From positions 1-33,930 of the forward strand of contig DAOULG010000183.1 of NCBI GenBank assembly GCA_034420495.1: a stretch of 33,930 nt of DNA, read 5' to 3'. This DNA is from Dehalococcoidia bacterium (GTDB taxonomy: Bacteria; Chloroflexota; Dehalococcoidia; UBA2979). This document shows, piece after piece, positions 24,677 to 33,051 of the stretch; position 1 is the stretch's first letter; each line of letters starts with the position of its first letter. Made by a program: the position numbers and the translations under genes. The notes below the pieces were generated by a model. It did no database searches, was not told the DNA's origin, and saw nothing but the letters and a program-made list of their open reading frames with translations.

Positions 24677-24694
24677 GGCGGCCTCCGCGCCGCC
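24677..24694. terminator. short hairpin GGCGGC-ctccgc-GCCGCC between convergent genes
   Basis: A 6-bp perfect stem sits in the 36-nt gap between the binding-protein stop (24671) and the SDR stop (24708). Confidence 0.25.
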
Positions 24695-24707
24695 GCTCGC
24701 GCGGCCG

Positions 24708-25607
24708 CTACGGCGCCGCCAGCGCCGCGCCGAGGGCGCCGTCGATGGTCGGCTGCCGGTGCTCGAAGCCGAGTGCGGCGAGCCGCGCCGGCACCGCCCG
24801 CTGGCTCGCCAGCAGCGCCTCGTCGGCGAGCCCCCGCCCGAACTGGAGCCGGAGCACCGCGGCCGGCAGGCGCATCAGGGCCGGACGCCGCACGGCGCGC
24901 GCCAGGGCCTTCGTGAACTCGCCGTTGGTGACGGGAGGAGCCACGATGTTCACGGGGCCGGTGACCCGCTCGTCGGCGAGGGCGCGCTCGACGGCGGCGA
25001 GCTGGTCGGGGAGGCTCACCCACGCCATCCACTGACGCCCGCTCCCCAGCGTCGCGCCCAGCCCCAGCCGGAAGACCCTCGCCAGGCGGTCGAGGAAGGC
25101 GGGGCTCTCGACGACGACCCCGGTCCGCGCCCGCACGACGCGCACGCCGAGCTCCTCGGCCCCGAGCGCCTCCGTCTCCCACGCCTCGCAGAGATCCGCG
25201 AGGAACCCCGTCCCCCGCGGCGCCTCCTCGGTCAGCTCGCGGTCGCCCTGGTCTCCGTAGTAGCCGGTCGCGGAGGCGCTGACGACGACGCGGGGCCGGG
25301 AGTCGAGCATCGCGAGGTGCTCGACCAGCGTGCGCGTCGATTCGACCCGGCTCCGCCAGAGGACGTCGCGGCGCGTCGCCGACCAGCGCTGCGTCCCGAT
25401 CGAGGCGCCGCTCAGGTGGACGACGCCGTCGACCCCCTCCAGCGCGCCCTCCCGGAACCACCCGCTCGCCGGCTGCCAGTGCGCCTGCGGATCGCCGGGG
25501 TCGCCCCGCCGCACCCGCAGCACCTCGTGCCCGGCGCCCCCCAGATGCTCCGCCAGCGCTCCGCCCAGGAATCCCGAACTGCCGGTGATCGCGACCCGCA
25601 CCGCCAC
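24708..25607 (-). CDS. YfcH-like (TIGR01777-type) NAD-dependent epimerase/dehydratase-family SDR with a DUF1731-like C-terminus
   Basis: 299-aa ORF with the N-terminal Rossmann motif VAITGSSGFLGGAL, the HLSGASIG..RWS and YYGD segments, and a C-terminal region typical of this family. GTG 25607 is preceded by GGAGGAGG. Confidence 0.82.
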   Translation of the reverse strand: MAVRVAITGSSGFLGGALAEHLGGAGHEVLRVRRGDPGDPQAHWQPASGWFREGALEGVDGVVHLSGASIGTQRWSATRRDVLWRSRVESTRTLVEHLAMLDSRPRVVVSASATGYYGDQGDRELTEEAPRGTGFLADLCEAWETEALGAEELGVRVVRARTGVVVESPAFLDRLARVFRLGLGATLGSGRQWMAWVSLPDQLAAVERALADERVTGPVNIVAPPVTNGEFTKALARAVRRPALMRLPAAVLRLQFGRGLADEALLASQRAVPARLAALGFEHRQPTIDGALGAALAAP

Positions 25608-25674
25608 CCTCCTCCCGGCCCCGGGCGCCGCCCGATCGGGCGGGGGCCCCTCCTGCCCAGGGCGCGCCCCGTCG

Positions 25675-25680
25675 AGGCTA
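25675..25680 (-). promoter_or_regulatory. candidate -10 TAGCCT (minus strand) for the SDR gene
   Basis: On the minus strand it reads GATAGCCTCGA. The same TAGCCTCGA core appears in the trpE promoter candidate (5651-5659). Confidence 0.25.
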
Positions 25681-25706
25681 TCGCAGCGCCGGGATGCGCG
25701 CAGGCG

Positions 25707-25726
25707 CCGGCCGGGGAACCGGCCGG
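25707..25726 (-). terminator. hairpin CCGGCCGG-GGAA-CCGGCCGG immediately after the SBP5 operon
   Basis: A perfect 8-bp stem with a 4-nt loop (GGAA on the plus strand, TTCC on the transcribed strand), extendable by flanking GCGCC/GGCGC with a 2-nt bulge. It starts 6 nt past the stop at 25732-25734. There is no U-tract. Confidence 0.4.
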
Positions 25727-25731
25727 GGCGC

Positions 25732-27270
25732 CTACCAGGAGTTGAGCAGGTTGCGGTGCGTGCTCCAGACCGTCGTCTTGATGACGAGGCAGTCCTCGGA
25801 GAAGACCCAGGGGTCGATCTCGCCGCGGACGGCCCAGCCGGTCTCGTGCTCGGCGACGTGCGCGCAGTAGGCGAGATCGAGGATCTCCCGCTGCAGCTCT
25901 CGGTAGCCGGCCCCCTGCCGCCCGGGCTCCGAGGCGGCGACCGCCTCGACGCGGCGCGCGAGCTCGGCGTCGCGCAGGATGAGCCCGCCGTGGATCCCCA
26001 TGGGCGGGTCGTAGTCGTGCCCGAGGTCGTAGCGCGCCTCTGTCAGCGCGTGGCCGCAGTCGTGCAGGAACCACATCGGCGGCCGGCCGCCGATGGCGGC
26101 CATGGGGTCGGGCCAGCGGAGCAGGCGCGTCTCGGCGTGAACGCCTATGGCGGCGAGGGCCGGGAGCGCGAGCTCGGCGAAGCGCAGCGACTCGTAGGTC
26201 GGGTCGATGTAGAGCTCGGTCTCGACGCCTGCGGCGTACCCGCTCGCCGCCACGAGCTCCCGCGCCCGAGCGAGGTCGGTCTCGTACGGCCAGAGGTCGG
26301 GAGCGTGGTGCCGGGAGACGCTCGTGACCGGGCTCCTGCTCCGCCGCGCGTAGCCGTGGTAGACGTGATCGAGGATGCGGTCGTAGGGGAGCGCGTAGCA
26401 GACGGCCTGCCGGAGGAGCCGGTCGTCGAAGGGGGGAGCCGTGAAGTCGAACTGCAGGGTCGCGTGGTTCGCGCGCACGCGGTGGATGGAGAACTCGGGG
26501 CGTCTCTCGAAGCGGGCCAGCTCCTCCGGGTAGAGCCCGACGAGGAAGTTCGCGTCCCCGCGCTCGACCATGCGGAGCGCCTCTTCCCGGGTGCCCACCC
26601 CCACCTGCGCGAGCGCGTCGATGCCCGGCCGCCCGGACCAGTACTCGTCGCGGGCGCGCATCTCGATGACGTCCGCCTCCTGCCTCTCCAGCGCGAAGGC
26701 GCCGAAGCCGGCGGGCTGGCGCGAGAGCCACGCCGTCGCCCAGGGATCCTCGGGCGTCGCGTGCCGGCGCGCCTCCGTCGAGTCGAAGACCTGGTTCGTC
26801 GAGAAGATCAGGTACTGCGGGAACTCCGGGTTCGGCCGCCGGAGCGTGAAGCGCAGCGTGCGCTCGTCCACGACGTCGACGTCGGTGGCCTCGGCGACGC
26901 CGGCCATCCGCCTCGATCGCCAGCGCCCCACCCGCCTGAGCGCGTAGGCGCGCTCCCAGCTCCACCGCACGTCCTCGGCGCTGAGCGCGTGGCCGTGGTG
27001 GCTGAGCACCCCCTCGCGGAGCCGGACCGTCCAGCTGCGCGCATCGGCCGAGCCCTCCCAGCCCTCCGCGAGGCGCGGGAGGAGGTCGGGGGCCACCGGG
27101 CGGCGCACCCCGTCGTCGTCGACCGCGATGCTCGGGCTGGTGAGCGGTTCGTAGGCCGTGTGGATGGTGTGGTTCTGCGCGACGTGCGAGCCGTCCGTGT
27201 CCCACCCGTCGCGCACCGCGCCGAGCGAGTGCGGCATCACGAGCCGCGTGCGGGAGGGGCCGGCCGGCAT
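25732..27270 (-). CDS. SBP family 5 (DppA/OppA/NikA-like) binding-protein homolog without a signal peptide (paralog B)
   Basis: 512-aa ORF with a family-5 pattern (W.V.LR.GV.....ALSAEDVRWSWERA; GFGAFALE; ...LQFDF..PPFDD..LRQAV..A). The N-terminus MPAGPSRTRLVMPHSLGAVRDGWD has no hydrophobic segment, lipobox or twin-arginine motif. The ATG directly follows the upstream stop (TAGATG) and has a GGAGGA RBS. Confidence 0.8.
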   Translation of the reverse strand: MPAGPSRTRLVMPHSLGAVRDGWDTDGSHVAQNHTIHTAYEPLTSPSIAVDDDGVRRPVAPDLLPRLAEGWEGSADARSWTVRLREGVLSHHGHALSAEDVRWSWERAYALRRVGRWRSRRMAGVAEATDVDVVDERTLRFTLRRPNPEFPQYLIFSTNQVFDSTEARRHATPEDPWATAWLSRQPAGFGAFALERQEADVIEMRARDEYWSGRPGIDALAQVGVGTREEALRMVERGDANFLVGLYPEELARFERRPEFSIHRVRANHATLQFDFTAPPFDDRLLRQAVCYALPYDRILDHVYHGYARRSRSPVTSVSRHHAPDLWPYETDLARARELVAASGYAAGVETELYIDPTYESLRFAELALPALAAIGVHAETRLLRWPDPMAAIGGRPPMWFLHDCGHALTEARYDLGHDYDPPMGIHGGLILRDAELARRVEAVAASEPGRQGAGYRELQREILDLAYCAHVAEHETGWAVRGEIDPWVFSEDCLVIKTTVWSTHRNLLNSW

Positions 27271-28800
27271 CTAGTCCTCCTGCCAGCGCATCTCCGCGAA
27301 GGGTAGCCGGTTGTCCGGATACCAGCGGTAGCCCTCGAGCTCCCCGACGTGCGCCACGTAGAAGCGGATGTCGCAGAGCGGGATCAGCACGGCGTCGGCG
27401 TTGTGCAGACGCTGCAGGCGGCGGGCGGCCTCCTCCCAGGGGCGGCCGTGGCCGGCCTCCACGAGGTGGCGCAGGGCCTCGAAGAACTCCTCGTTCTCGT
27501 AGTGGAAGGGGAAGAGGCGCATGCGGCCGGGCCCCCAGTCGTGGACGTACGCGTAGTTCGGGTCGGAGACGCGCATCCCGCGCCCGTCCGGGAATCCGCG
27601 CAGCATGATGGGCGCCGCGTTGCCGCCGCGGATCTCGCCCGCCACGTCGGAGCTGTCGAGCGTGAGCCTCACGCCGATCCGGGCGAGCCCGTCGGCGACC
27701 ACCTCGGCGACGGCGTCGAATCCGTCGGAGGGCAGCACGCGCAGCGTGGTCTCGAACCCTCCCGCCCCCTTGGAGGAGGCGAGCAGCTCGCGCGCCCGCG
27801 CCACGTCCTCCTCGTAGGGCCAGCTCGTTCGGTCGTAGCCCGGGGAGTCGCTGCGCACCCAGCTGTGCCATCGCTCGGTCCGTCCGTCGAAGGCCGAGCC
27901 GAGCACCGCCGCGTAGGGCGTCGCATGCGCGATCGCCTGCCGGACGCGGGGGTCGTCGAGCGGCTCGGCGCTCGGGTCGAGGTGGAGGGCGATGCCCGAG
28001 AACGAGACGGGCTTAACGCGGAGCCGCGCGACGCCCCCCCGCGGGCGGGTGATCATCGGCAGCTCCGCCGACGCGACGTTGGGAACGAGATCCACCTCGC
28101 CCGCGAGGAGGCCGGCGAGCGCCTCCTCCCGGGAGGCGTACCGTCTCAGGTGCACCTCCCCGATCGGCGCGCGGCCGCGCCAGTAGCGATCGCGCGCGGC
28201 GATGGTGACGCCCGCGTCGTCGCGCTCGACGAGCCGGTAGGGACCGAAGCCCACCGAGCGCCCCCCGATCAGCTCCTTGCCCCAGGGGTCGTCCTCCGTC
28301 AGCTCGGGCAGGACGGCCGCGGCGTCGTAGAGGCCGGGCGTGTTCTGCGCCATGGTGCGGGGGAGGGCCGGGTTCGGGGCGCTCAGGTGGAAGGCGACCG
28401 TGTAGCGGTCGACGACCTCGACGTCCTCCCAGTCCTGGACCGAGGAGATGCGCGCCACCCACTTCCCCACGTCGCGCAGGCCGAAGGCCCGCTCCCAGCC
28501 CCAGCGGACATCCTCGGCGGTCAGCTCGTTCCCGTCCTCGGAGTGGACGCCCGGGCGGACGCGGAAGGTGCAGGTCCGCCCGTCCTCGGACCACCACCAG
28601 GCCTCCGCGAGCACCGGCCGGAGCCTGTGCCAGTCGGCCCGCGAGATCCCGTGCTCGTCCAGGTAGGCGCGCGGCGATGTGAGCTGGTCGTAGAAGCTCC
28701 CCACGAGATCGGCGCCGGCGGAATCGCGGAACCCGGCCGGCTGCTCGCAGTCGAAGACGCGCGGCGCCGTATCGATCCCCACCCGCAGCGTGCGCGCCAC
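27271..28800 (-). CDS. SBP family 5 binding-protein homolog without a signal peptide (paralog A)
   Basis: Track ORF 27271..28833. The preferred start is GTG 28800, preceded by GGGGGGAGGG 4 nt upstream. The protein begins VARTLRVGIDT, the first beta-strand of the mature family-5 fold, so there is no signal peptide. Even the longest start adds only MPRAREAGGGI. Motifs are ELTAEDVRWGWERAFG and GFGPYRLVE. Confidence 0.8.
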   Translation of the reverse strand: MARTLRVGIDTAPRVFDCEQPAGFRDSAGADLVGSFYDQLTSPRAYLDEHGISRADWHRLRPVLAEAWWWSEDGRTCTFRVRPGVHSEDGNELTAEDVRWGWERAFGLRDVGKWVARISSVQDWEDVEVVDRYTVAFHLSAPNPALPRTMAQNTPGLYDAAAVLPELTEDDPWGKELIGGRSVGFGPYRLVERDDAGVTIAARDRYWRGRAPIGEVHLRRYASREEALAGLLAGEVDLVPNVASAELPMITRPRGGVARLRVKPVSFSGIALHLDPSAEPLDDPRVRQAIAHATPYAAVLGSAFDGRTERWHSWVRSDSPGYDRTSWPYEEDVARARELLASSKGAGGFETTLRVLPSDGFDAVAEVVADGLARIGVRLTLDSSDVAGEIRGGNAAPIMLRGFPDGRGMRVSDPNYAYVHDWGPGRMRLFPFHYENEEFFEALRHLVEAGHGRPWEEAARRLQRLHNADAVLIPLCDIRFYVAHVGELEGYRWYPDNRLPFAEMRWQED

Positions 28801-28894
28801 GATCCCTCCCCCCGCTTCCCGGGCCCGCGGCACGCCCCGGCCGCCGCGATCCCGCCAGGGCGCACTCTACCGCGTCCCGGCCCCTCCCCGGCCG

Positions 28895-29233
28895 CTAGAC
28901 CGGGGCGGGGCGGAAGACGGCGAGCCAGATCGTCTCGACCCCCGGCGCGGTCCAGGCGACGCGGTGGCGCAGCCCGGCCGGGAGATCGACCCAGTCGCCC
29001 GGCCCGAGCTCGAGCACCGTTTCGTCGGCGAGCTCGAGGCGCGCGGCGCCGCTGACGAGCAGCACCCACTCATCCTGCCCCTGCTCGTACCAGGAGCCGG
29101 GCTCGCTCGCATGCCCCCGCGAGACGATGCGCTCGATGCGGCAGGAGGCCCCCTCGGCGAGCACGCTGGTGAGCTCCGCGGGCAGCTGGCGCGGGATCCC
29201 CTCGAGGAGCGATCCGCGTCGCGGGGCGCTCAT
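28895..29233 (-). CDS. small cupin-domain protein (112 aa)
   Basis: This is the in-frame C-terminal part of track ORF 28895..29689. It runs MSAPRRGSLLEGIP...RIERIVSRGHASEPGSWYEQGQDEWVLLVSGAARLEL......LGPGDWVDLPAGLRHRVAWT, a typical single-cupin beta-barrel pattern. ATG 29233 overlaps the GNAT stop (ATGA). Confidence 0.75.
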   Translation of the reverse strand: MSAPRRGSLLEGIPRQLPAELTSVLAEGASCRIERIVSRGHASEPGSWYEQGQDEWVLLVSGAARLELADETVLELGPGDWVDLPAGLRHRVAWTAPGVETIWLAVFRPAPV

Positions 29234-29793
29234 GCCTCGCCGGCCGCGGCGCGGAGCTCGAGGCGCATCACGTGCCGCCTCCGGCCCGCCGTGCCCACCT
29301 CGGTGAAGCCGGCTGCGAGGAAGGTGGAGCGCAGTCCCATGAAGCGGTAGCTCGGCGACTCCGGGTCGACGGGGAATCCCTCGACCACGTCCGCTCCGCG
29401 CTCCCGCGCGAGCTCCACGGCCGCCCGGAGCAGGAGGCCGGTGATGCCGCGGCCGCGGTGGCGCCTTGTCGCGAAGAAGCAGGCGACCGACCACACCGAG
29501 ACCCCCTCGGGCTCGGGCCGTCCGCCGAGCGGGCGGTAGCTCTCCCGCGGGGCGACCGAGCACCACGCGACCGGCTCGCCCTCCTCGTAGGCGAGCAGCC
29601 CCACGGGGGGCCCCTGCTCGACGATCGCCCGCAGTGCGTCGCGCTTGGAGTCGTTGCTCCCGCCCCCGCCCGGGCGCCACGCCATGCACCAGCAGTAGCT
29701 CGGACCGCCGCGGGCCTCGAAGAGGCGCCGGAGATCCGGCCAGCGCTCGGCCGTCACCGGCCGGAAGGCGAGCTGGGGGGCGGGGTCGGACAT
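29230..29793 (-). CDS. GNAT-family N-acetyltransferase
   Basis: This is the in-frame C-terminal 187 aa of track ORF 29230..30441, starting at ATG 29793. It has the acetyl-CoA motif RRHRGRGITGLLLRAAVELARERG (Q/RxxGxG/A) and a YCWCMAWR segment seen in one GNAT subgroup. Confidence 0.8.
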   Translation of the reverse strand: MSDPAPQLAFRPVTAERWPDLRRLFEARGGPSYCWCMAWRPGGGGSNDSKRDALRAIVEQGPPVGLLAYEEGEPVAWCSVAPRESYRPLGGRPEPEGVSVWSVACFFATRRHRGRGITGLLLRAAVELARERGADVVEGFPVDPESPSYRFMGLRSTFLAAGFTEVGTAGRRRHVMRLELRAAAGEA

Positions 29794-29880
29794 GTCTCTC
29801 TCCCCGGGCGCCGGCGATGATACCGTTGCGGGGCCGGCCGGCACGGCGTGCCCGGGGCGCGGCGACGCGAGGAGGCCCGG

Positions 29881-31086
29881 ATGGACTTCAACGACTCTCC
29901 CGAGGAGGCGGCATTCCGGCAGCAGGTGCGGGGTTTCGTCGCCGAGAGCTTCGATCCCCGGCTCGTGCCGGCGGGCTGGCAGCAGTACCCCGATCCGAGA
30001 GACGAGACCGAGGCCGGGCTGCTCCGCGAGTGGCGGGGCGCCCTCGGCGAGCGCGGCTGGATCGCGCCGCACTGGCCGCGGGAGTTCGGCGGCGCCGGCC
30101 TCAGCGCGATGGAGCAGTTCATCTTCAATGAGGAGATGGCGCAGACGCGCGCCCCCGAGGTCGGCGGAATCGGCATGAACATGGTCGGCCCCACGCTGAT
30201 CCGGCACGGCTCGGAGCAGCAGAAGGAGATGCACCTCCCCAGCATCACCTCGAACCGGGCGATCTGGTGCCAGGGCTACTCGGAGCCCGGCGCGGGCTCC
30301 GATCTCGCCTCGCTGCAGACCCGCGCCGTGCGCGACGGCGACGAGTACGTGGTGAACGGGCAGAAGGTGTGGAACACCGTCGGGCACAAGGCCGACTGGA
30401 TGCTGCTGCTCGCCCGCACCGACCCCGAGGCCCCGAAGCACCGCGGCATCACCATGTTCCTGGTCGACATGCGCGCCTCCGGCATCACGACGCAGCCGAT
30501 CGTCACGGCGAAGGAGACGCCGGGCATCATCGAGTGGGACATCAACGAGGTCTTCTTCGAGGACGTCCGCATCCCGGCCGCGAACCGCGTGGGCGAGGAG
30601 AACCGGGGCTGGTACTACGCGACGACGCTGCTCGATCTCGAGCGGAGCCGCATCGGCGCCTCGATCGCCCTCCTCCAGGAGGTGGCATCGCTCGTCGACT
30701 ACGTGCGCGCCGGCCAGCGCGGCGAGCAGCCCCTCGCCGCGGGCGCGGGGCGCGTGCGCGAACTCGCCGACGCGGCGATCGCCGCGCAGGTCTCCCGGCT
30801 GATGGCGTACCGCGTGGTGAGCATGCTGAAGCGCGGCGACCTGCCCAACTACGAGGCGTCGATCAAGAAGCTCTTCACCTCGGAGACGGCGCAGGGAGTG
30901 ACGCGGACGGCGATGAAGCTGATCGGGCTCTACGGGAACCTGTGGCGGACCTCGGCGTGCGCGCCGCTCGAGGGGCGCATCCCGTATCGCTACGTGGCGA
31001 TGGTCCCGACGACCATCGCGGGGGGCACCTCGGAGATCCAGCGCAACATCATCTCGACGCGGGGGCTCGGCCTCCCCCGCGGCTGA
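29881..31086 (+). CDS. acyl-CoA dehydrogenase family protein (paralog of 22154..23374)
   Basis: 401 aa from ATG 29881 (track ORF 29848). Motifs are HWPREFGGAG, GYSEPGAGSDLA, DGDEYVVNGQKVWNT and GTSEIQRNIISTRGLGLPRG. It is about half identical by eye to the other ACAD. Confidence 0.9.
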   Translation: MDFNDSPEEAAFRQQVRGFVAESFDPRLVPAGWQQYPDPRDETEAGLLREWRGALGERGWIAPHWPREFGGAGLSAMEQFIFNEEMAQTRAPEVGGIGMNMVGPTLIRHGSEQQKEMHLPSITSNRAIWCQGYSEPGAGSDLASLQTRAVRDGDEYVVNGQKVWNTVGHKADWMLLLARTDPEAPKHRGITMFLVDMRASGITTQPIVTAKETPGIIEWDINEVFFEDVRIPAANRVGEENRGWYYATTLLDLERSRIGASIALLQEVASLVDYVRAGQRGEQPLAAGAGRVRELADAAIAAQVSRLMAYRVVSMLKRGDLPNYEASIKKLFTSETAQGVTRTAMKLIGLYGNLWRTSACAPLEGRIPYRYVAMVPTTIAGGTSEIQRNIISTRGLGLPRG

Positions 31087-31111
31087 CGCGGGGCGGCCGC
31101 GGCCGTACCGC

Positions 31112-31130
31112 CCGGCGGGAGGCCCGCCGG
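31112..31130. terminator. hairpin CCGGCGGG-agg-CCCGCCGG between convergent genes
   Basis: A perfect 8-bp stem with a 3-nt loop sits in the 93-nt gap between the ACAD stop (31086) and the GYD stop (31180). Confidence 0.3.
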
Positions 31131-31179
31131 TGCCGCCGGGTCTCCCCGGCGCGCGCGCCCGAGCCGGCCGTCCGGGCGC

Positions 31180-31500
31180 CTACGCCCCGGGCGGCCGGTA
31201 CGAGACGTTCTTCGCGACCGCCGCGTCCAGGGTCTCCGGCGTCACGAGCACGGTGATGTTGACGTCGATCGCCCCGACCGCGCTGATCGCGAGCGAGACC
31301 GCCGCCGCCGAGGCGTCGTCGGGCAGGTCGGCGATCATGTAGAGATCGCACTCGCCGAAGGCGTAGTAGAAGGACTCGAGCGTCCCCCCGGCCCCCTCGA
31401 TCGTCTCCGTGAGCGCCGCGCGCCGCCCGGTGCCCCCCTCCCGGATGAGTCCCGCAAGACCCTCGCGGGAGTAGCCCGCACGCAGCATGTACTTCGCCAT
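31180..31500 (-). CDS. GYD-domain protein (106 aa)
   Basis: This is the in-frame part of track ORF 31180..31566, starting at ATG 31500 after a strong AGGAGG RBS. The pattern MAKYMLRAGYSREGLAGLIREGG...GGTLESFYYAFGECDLYMIADLPDD fits the GYD family. Confidence 0.78.
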   Translation of the reverse strand: MAKYMLRAGYSREGLAGLIREGGTGRRAALTETIEGAGGTLESFYYAFGECDLYMIADLPDDASAAAVSLAISAVGAIDVNITVLVTPETLDAAVAKNVSYRPPGA

Positions 31501-31535
31501 CTCGCACCTCCTGAGAACACGATCGCGACGGTCGG

Positions 31536-31566
31536 ATGGTAGGACGAAGACGCCCGGTGCGGTCAA
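31536..31566 (-). promoter_or_regulatory. candidate promoter TTGACC-N19-TACCAT for the GYD gene
   Basis: Read on the minus strand, the -35 is at 31566-31561 and the -10 at 31541-31536, about 35 nt upstream of ATG 31500. The 19-nt spacer is longer than optimal. Confidence 0.3.
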
Positions 31567-31620
31567 GGCCGCGCCCGGAGCCCGCCGCCACGCCCCGGGG
31601 TGGCCGCGCCGGGCGCCCGC

Positions 31621-32982
31621 TCAGCCGGCGAGCAGCGGGCGCAGCTCGCGGACGTCGCCGATGGCCTCCGCCTCCCAGATCGCCGCGACGAGCGCGCGCG
31701 CCCGATCGGGGCCCAGCACCGGCTCGAGCAGGTCGAGCGCCTTCGCCTCCACCTCATCCCGCGTCATCGGGTCGTCGGCGGTGCCGCGCACGGCGCGGGT
31801 CCGGTGCGCGAGGCTCCGCCCGTCCGTGGTCTCGATCTCCACGATCGCCTGGCGCCGGGGCCGGGCGGCCCCGAGCTCCCGGTCGTGGATGAGCGTCAGG
31901 CGCTCGCGCAGCGCCCGCACCGCCGGGTCGCGCATGCGCTCGTAGTCGTGCGCCGCGGCGAAGCCGAGATCGCCGTCGAGGAGCATCACGGCCACGAGGT
32001 GCTGCGCGTTGATGTCGGGCATGGAGCGGTCGTCGACGACGTGCGCCTCGATGTCGGGCAGGCGCACGCGGACGCGAGCGATGAGCTCGGGATCGAGCCC
32101 GTGCTCCCTGCGCAGCGTCTGCGCGGAGTCGAGCGCCGCCTGTATCGGGGATCCGACCGGCCACTTCTTGATGTTGGCGTGGAGGATCTCGTAGCGACTC
32201 CCGAGCTCTCGCGTGAGCAGTCCCGGGTCGGGATCCTCCGAGAAGGCGTCGAGGAAGTTGCCCGGCCCGGAGAGCACGTCGTCGACGCCGGTGAAGCCGA
32301 ACGCCACGAGCGAGGCGGCGAGCACGCCGCGGCTCGCCGGCATCGCGCCGAAGTGGAACGCCTTCTCGACGTGCTCCTCGTCGCGCGCCCAGCAGGTGAT
32401 GCCGGCGGCCTGCTGCGCGGCATAGGAGAGCAGCCAGCGGCTGCGCCTCGCGTCGAGACCGGCGAGCGCGCCGGCGGCGGCGGCGGCGCCGAAGAGGCCG
32501 CCGAAGGCGTGGGTGGAGTGCCCCGCCCCGTAGAGCTCGTCGCGTCCGAGCGACATCGTGCTGCGCGCGCAGAGCTCGTAGCCCAGCACGATCGCGCGCA
32601 GGAGCGCCGCGCCGGAGCGTCCCTCCCGCTCCGCCATCGCGAGAGCGGCGGGGACGACGGCGCAGCCGGGATGCGTGAAGGAGGGGGCGTGCGAGTCGTC
32701 GGTCTCGTCGGCGTGCCCGGCCATGCCGTTCGCGAAGGCGGCGAGCTCGGCGGAGGCGAGCAGCGGGGTCCCCGCGATGCACGCCTCCGGCCGGCCGCCC
32801 TGGGGCCTCACGTAGGCGATGCCGATCTCGCCGGGCCGCAGCCGCGAGCCGGAGACCATCGCCGCGAGTGTGTCGAGCGTGTGGTGCTTCGCCTTCTCGG
32901 CGACGTCGGCGGGGAGCGGGCGACCGCACGCCTCCGCGATCCACGCGGCGAGGTCGCGCGTCACGTCGCTGATCCCGCTCAT
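31621..32982 (-). CDS. MmgE/PrpD-family protein (2-methylcitrate dehydratase-like)
   Basis: 453 aa from ATG 32982 (RBS GGAAGAGGGAG; track ORF 31621..33036). The family pattern is clear (KHHTLDTLA.MVSG; DETDDSH..S.THPG..V.PAALA..E; the C-terminal domain has KKWP.GS). Substrate cannot be inferred from sequence alone. Confidence 0.85.
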   Translation of the reverse strand: MSGISDVTRDLAAWIAEACGRPLPADVAEKAKHHTLDTLAAMVSGSRLRPGEIGIAYVRPQGGRPEACIAGTPLLASAELAAFANGMAGHADETDDSHAPSFTHPGCAVVPAALAMAEREGRSGAALLRAIVLGYELCARSTMSLGRDELYGAGHSTHAFGGLFGAAAAAGALAGLDARRSRWLLSYAAQQAAGITCWARDEEHVEKAFHFGAMPASRGVLAASLVAFGFTGVDDVLSGPGNFLDAFSEDPDPGLLTRELGSRYEILHANIKKWPVGSPIQAALDSAQTLRREHGLDPELIARVRVRLPDIEAHVVDDRSMPDINAQHLVAVMLLDGDLGFAAAHDYERMRDPAVRALRERLTLIHDRELGAARPRRQAIVEIETTDGRSLAHRTRAVRGTADDPMTRDEVEAKALDLLEPVLGPDRARALVAAIWEAEAIGDVRELRPLLAG

Positions 32983-33051
32983 GGCTCCCTCTTCCACGCG
33001 CGCCCCCGTCCGCCGCGCGGCGGAGCCTACACGCACCGGGGGAGGCCGCGC

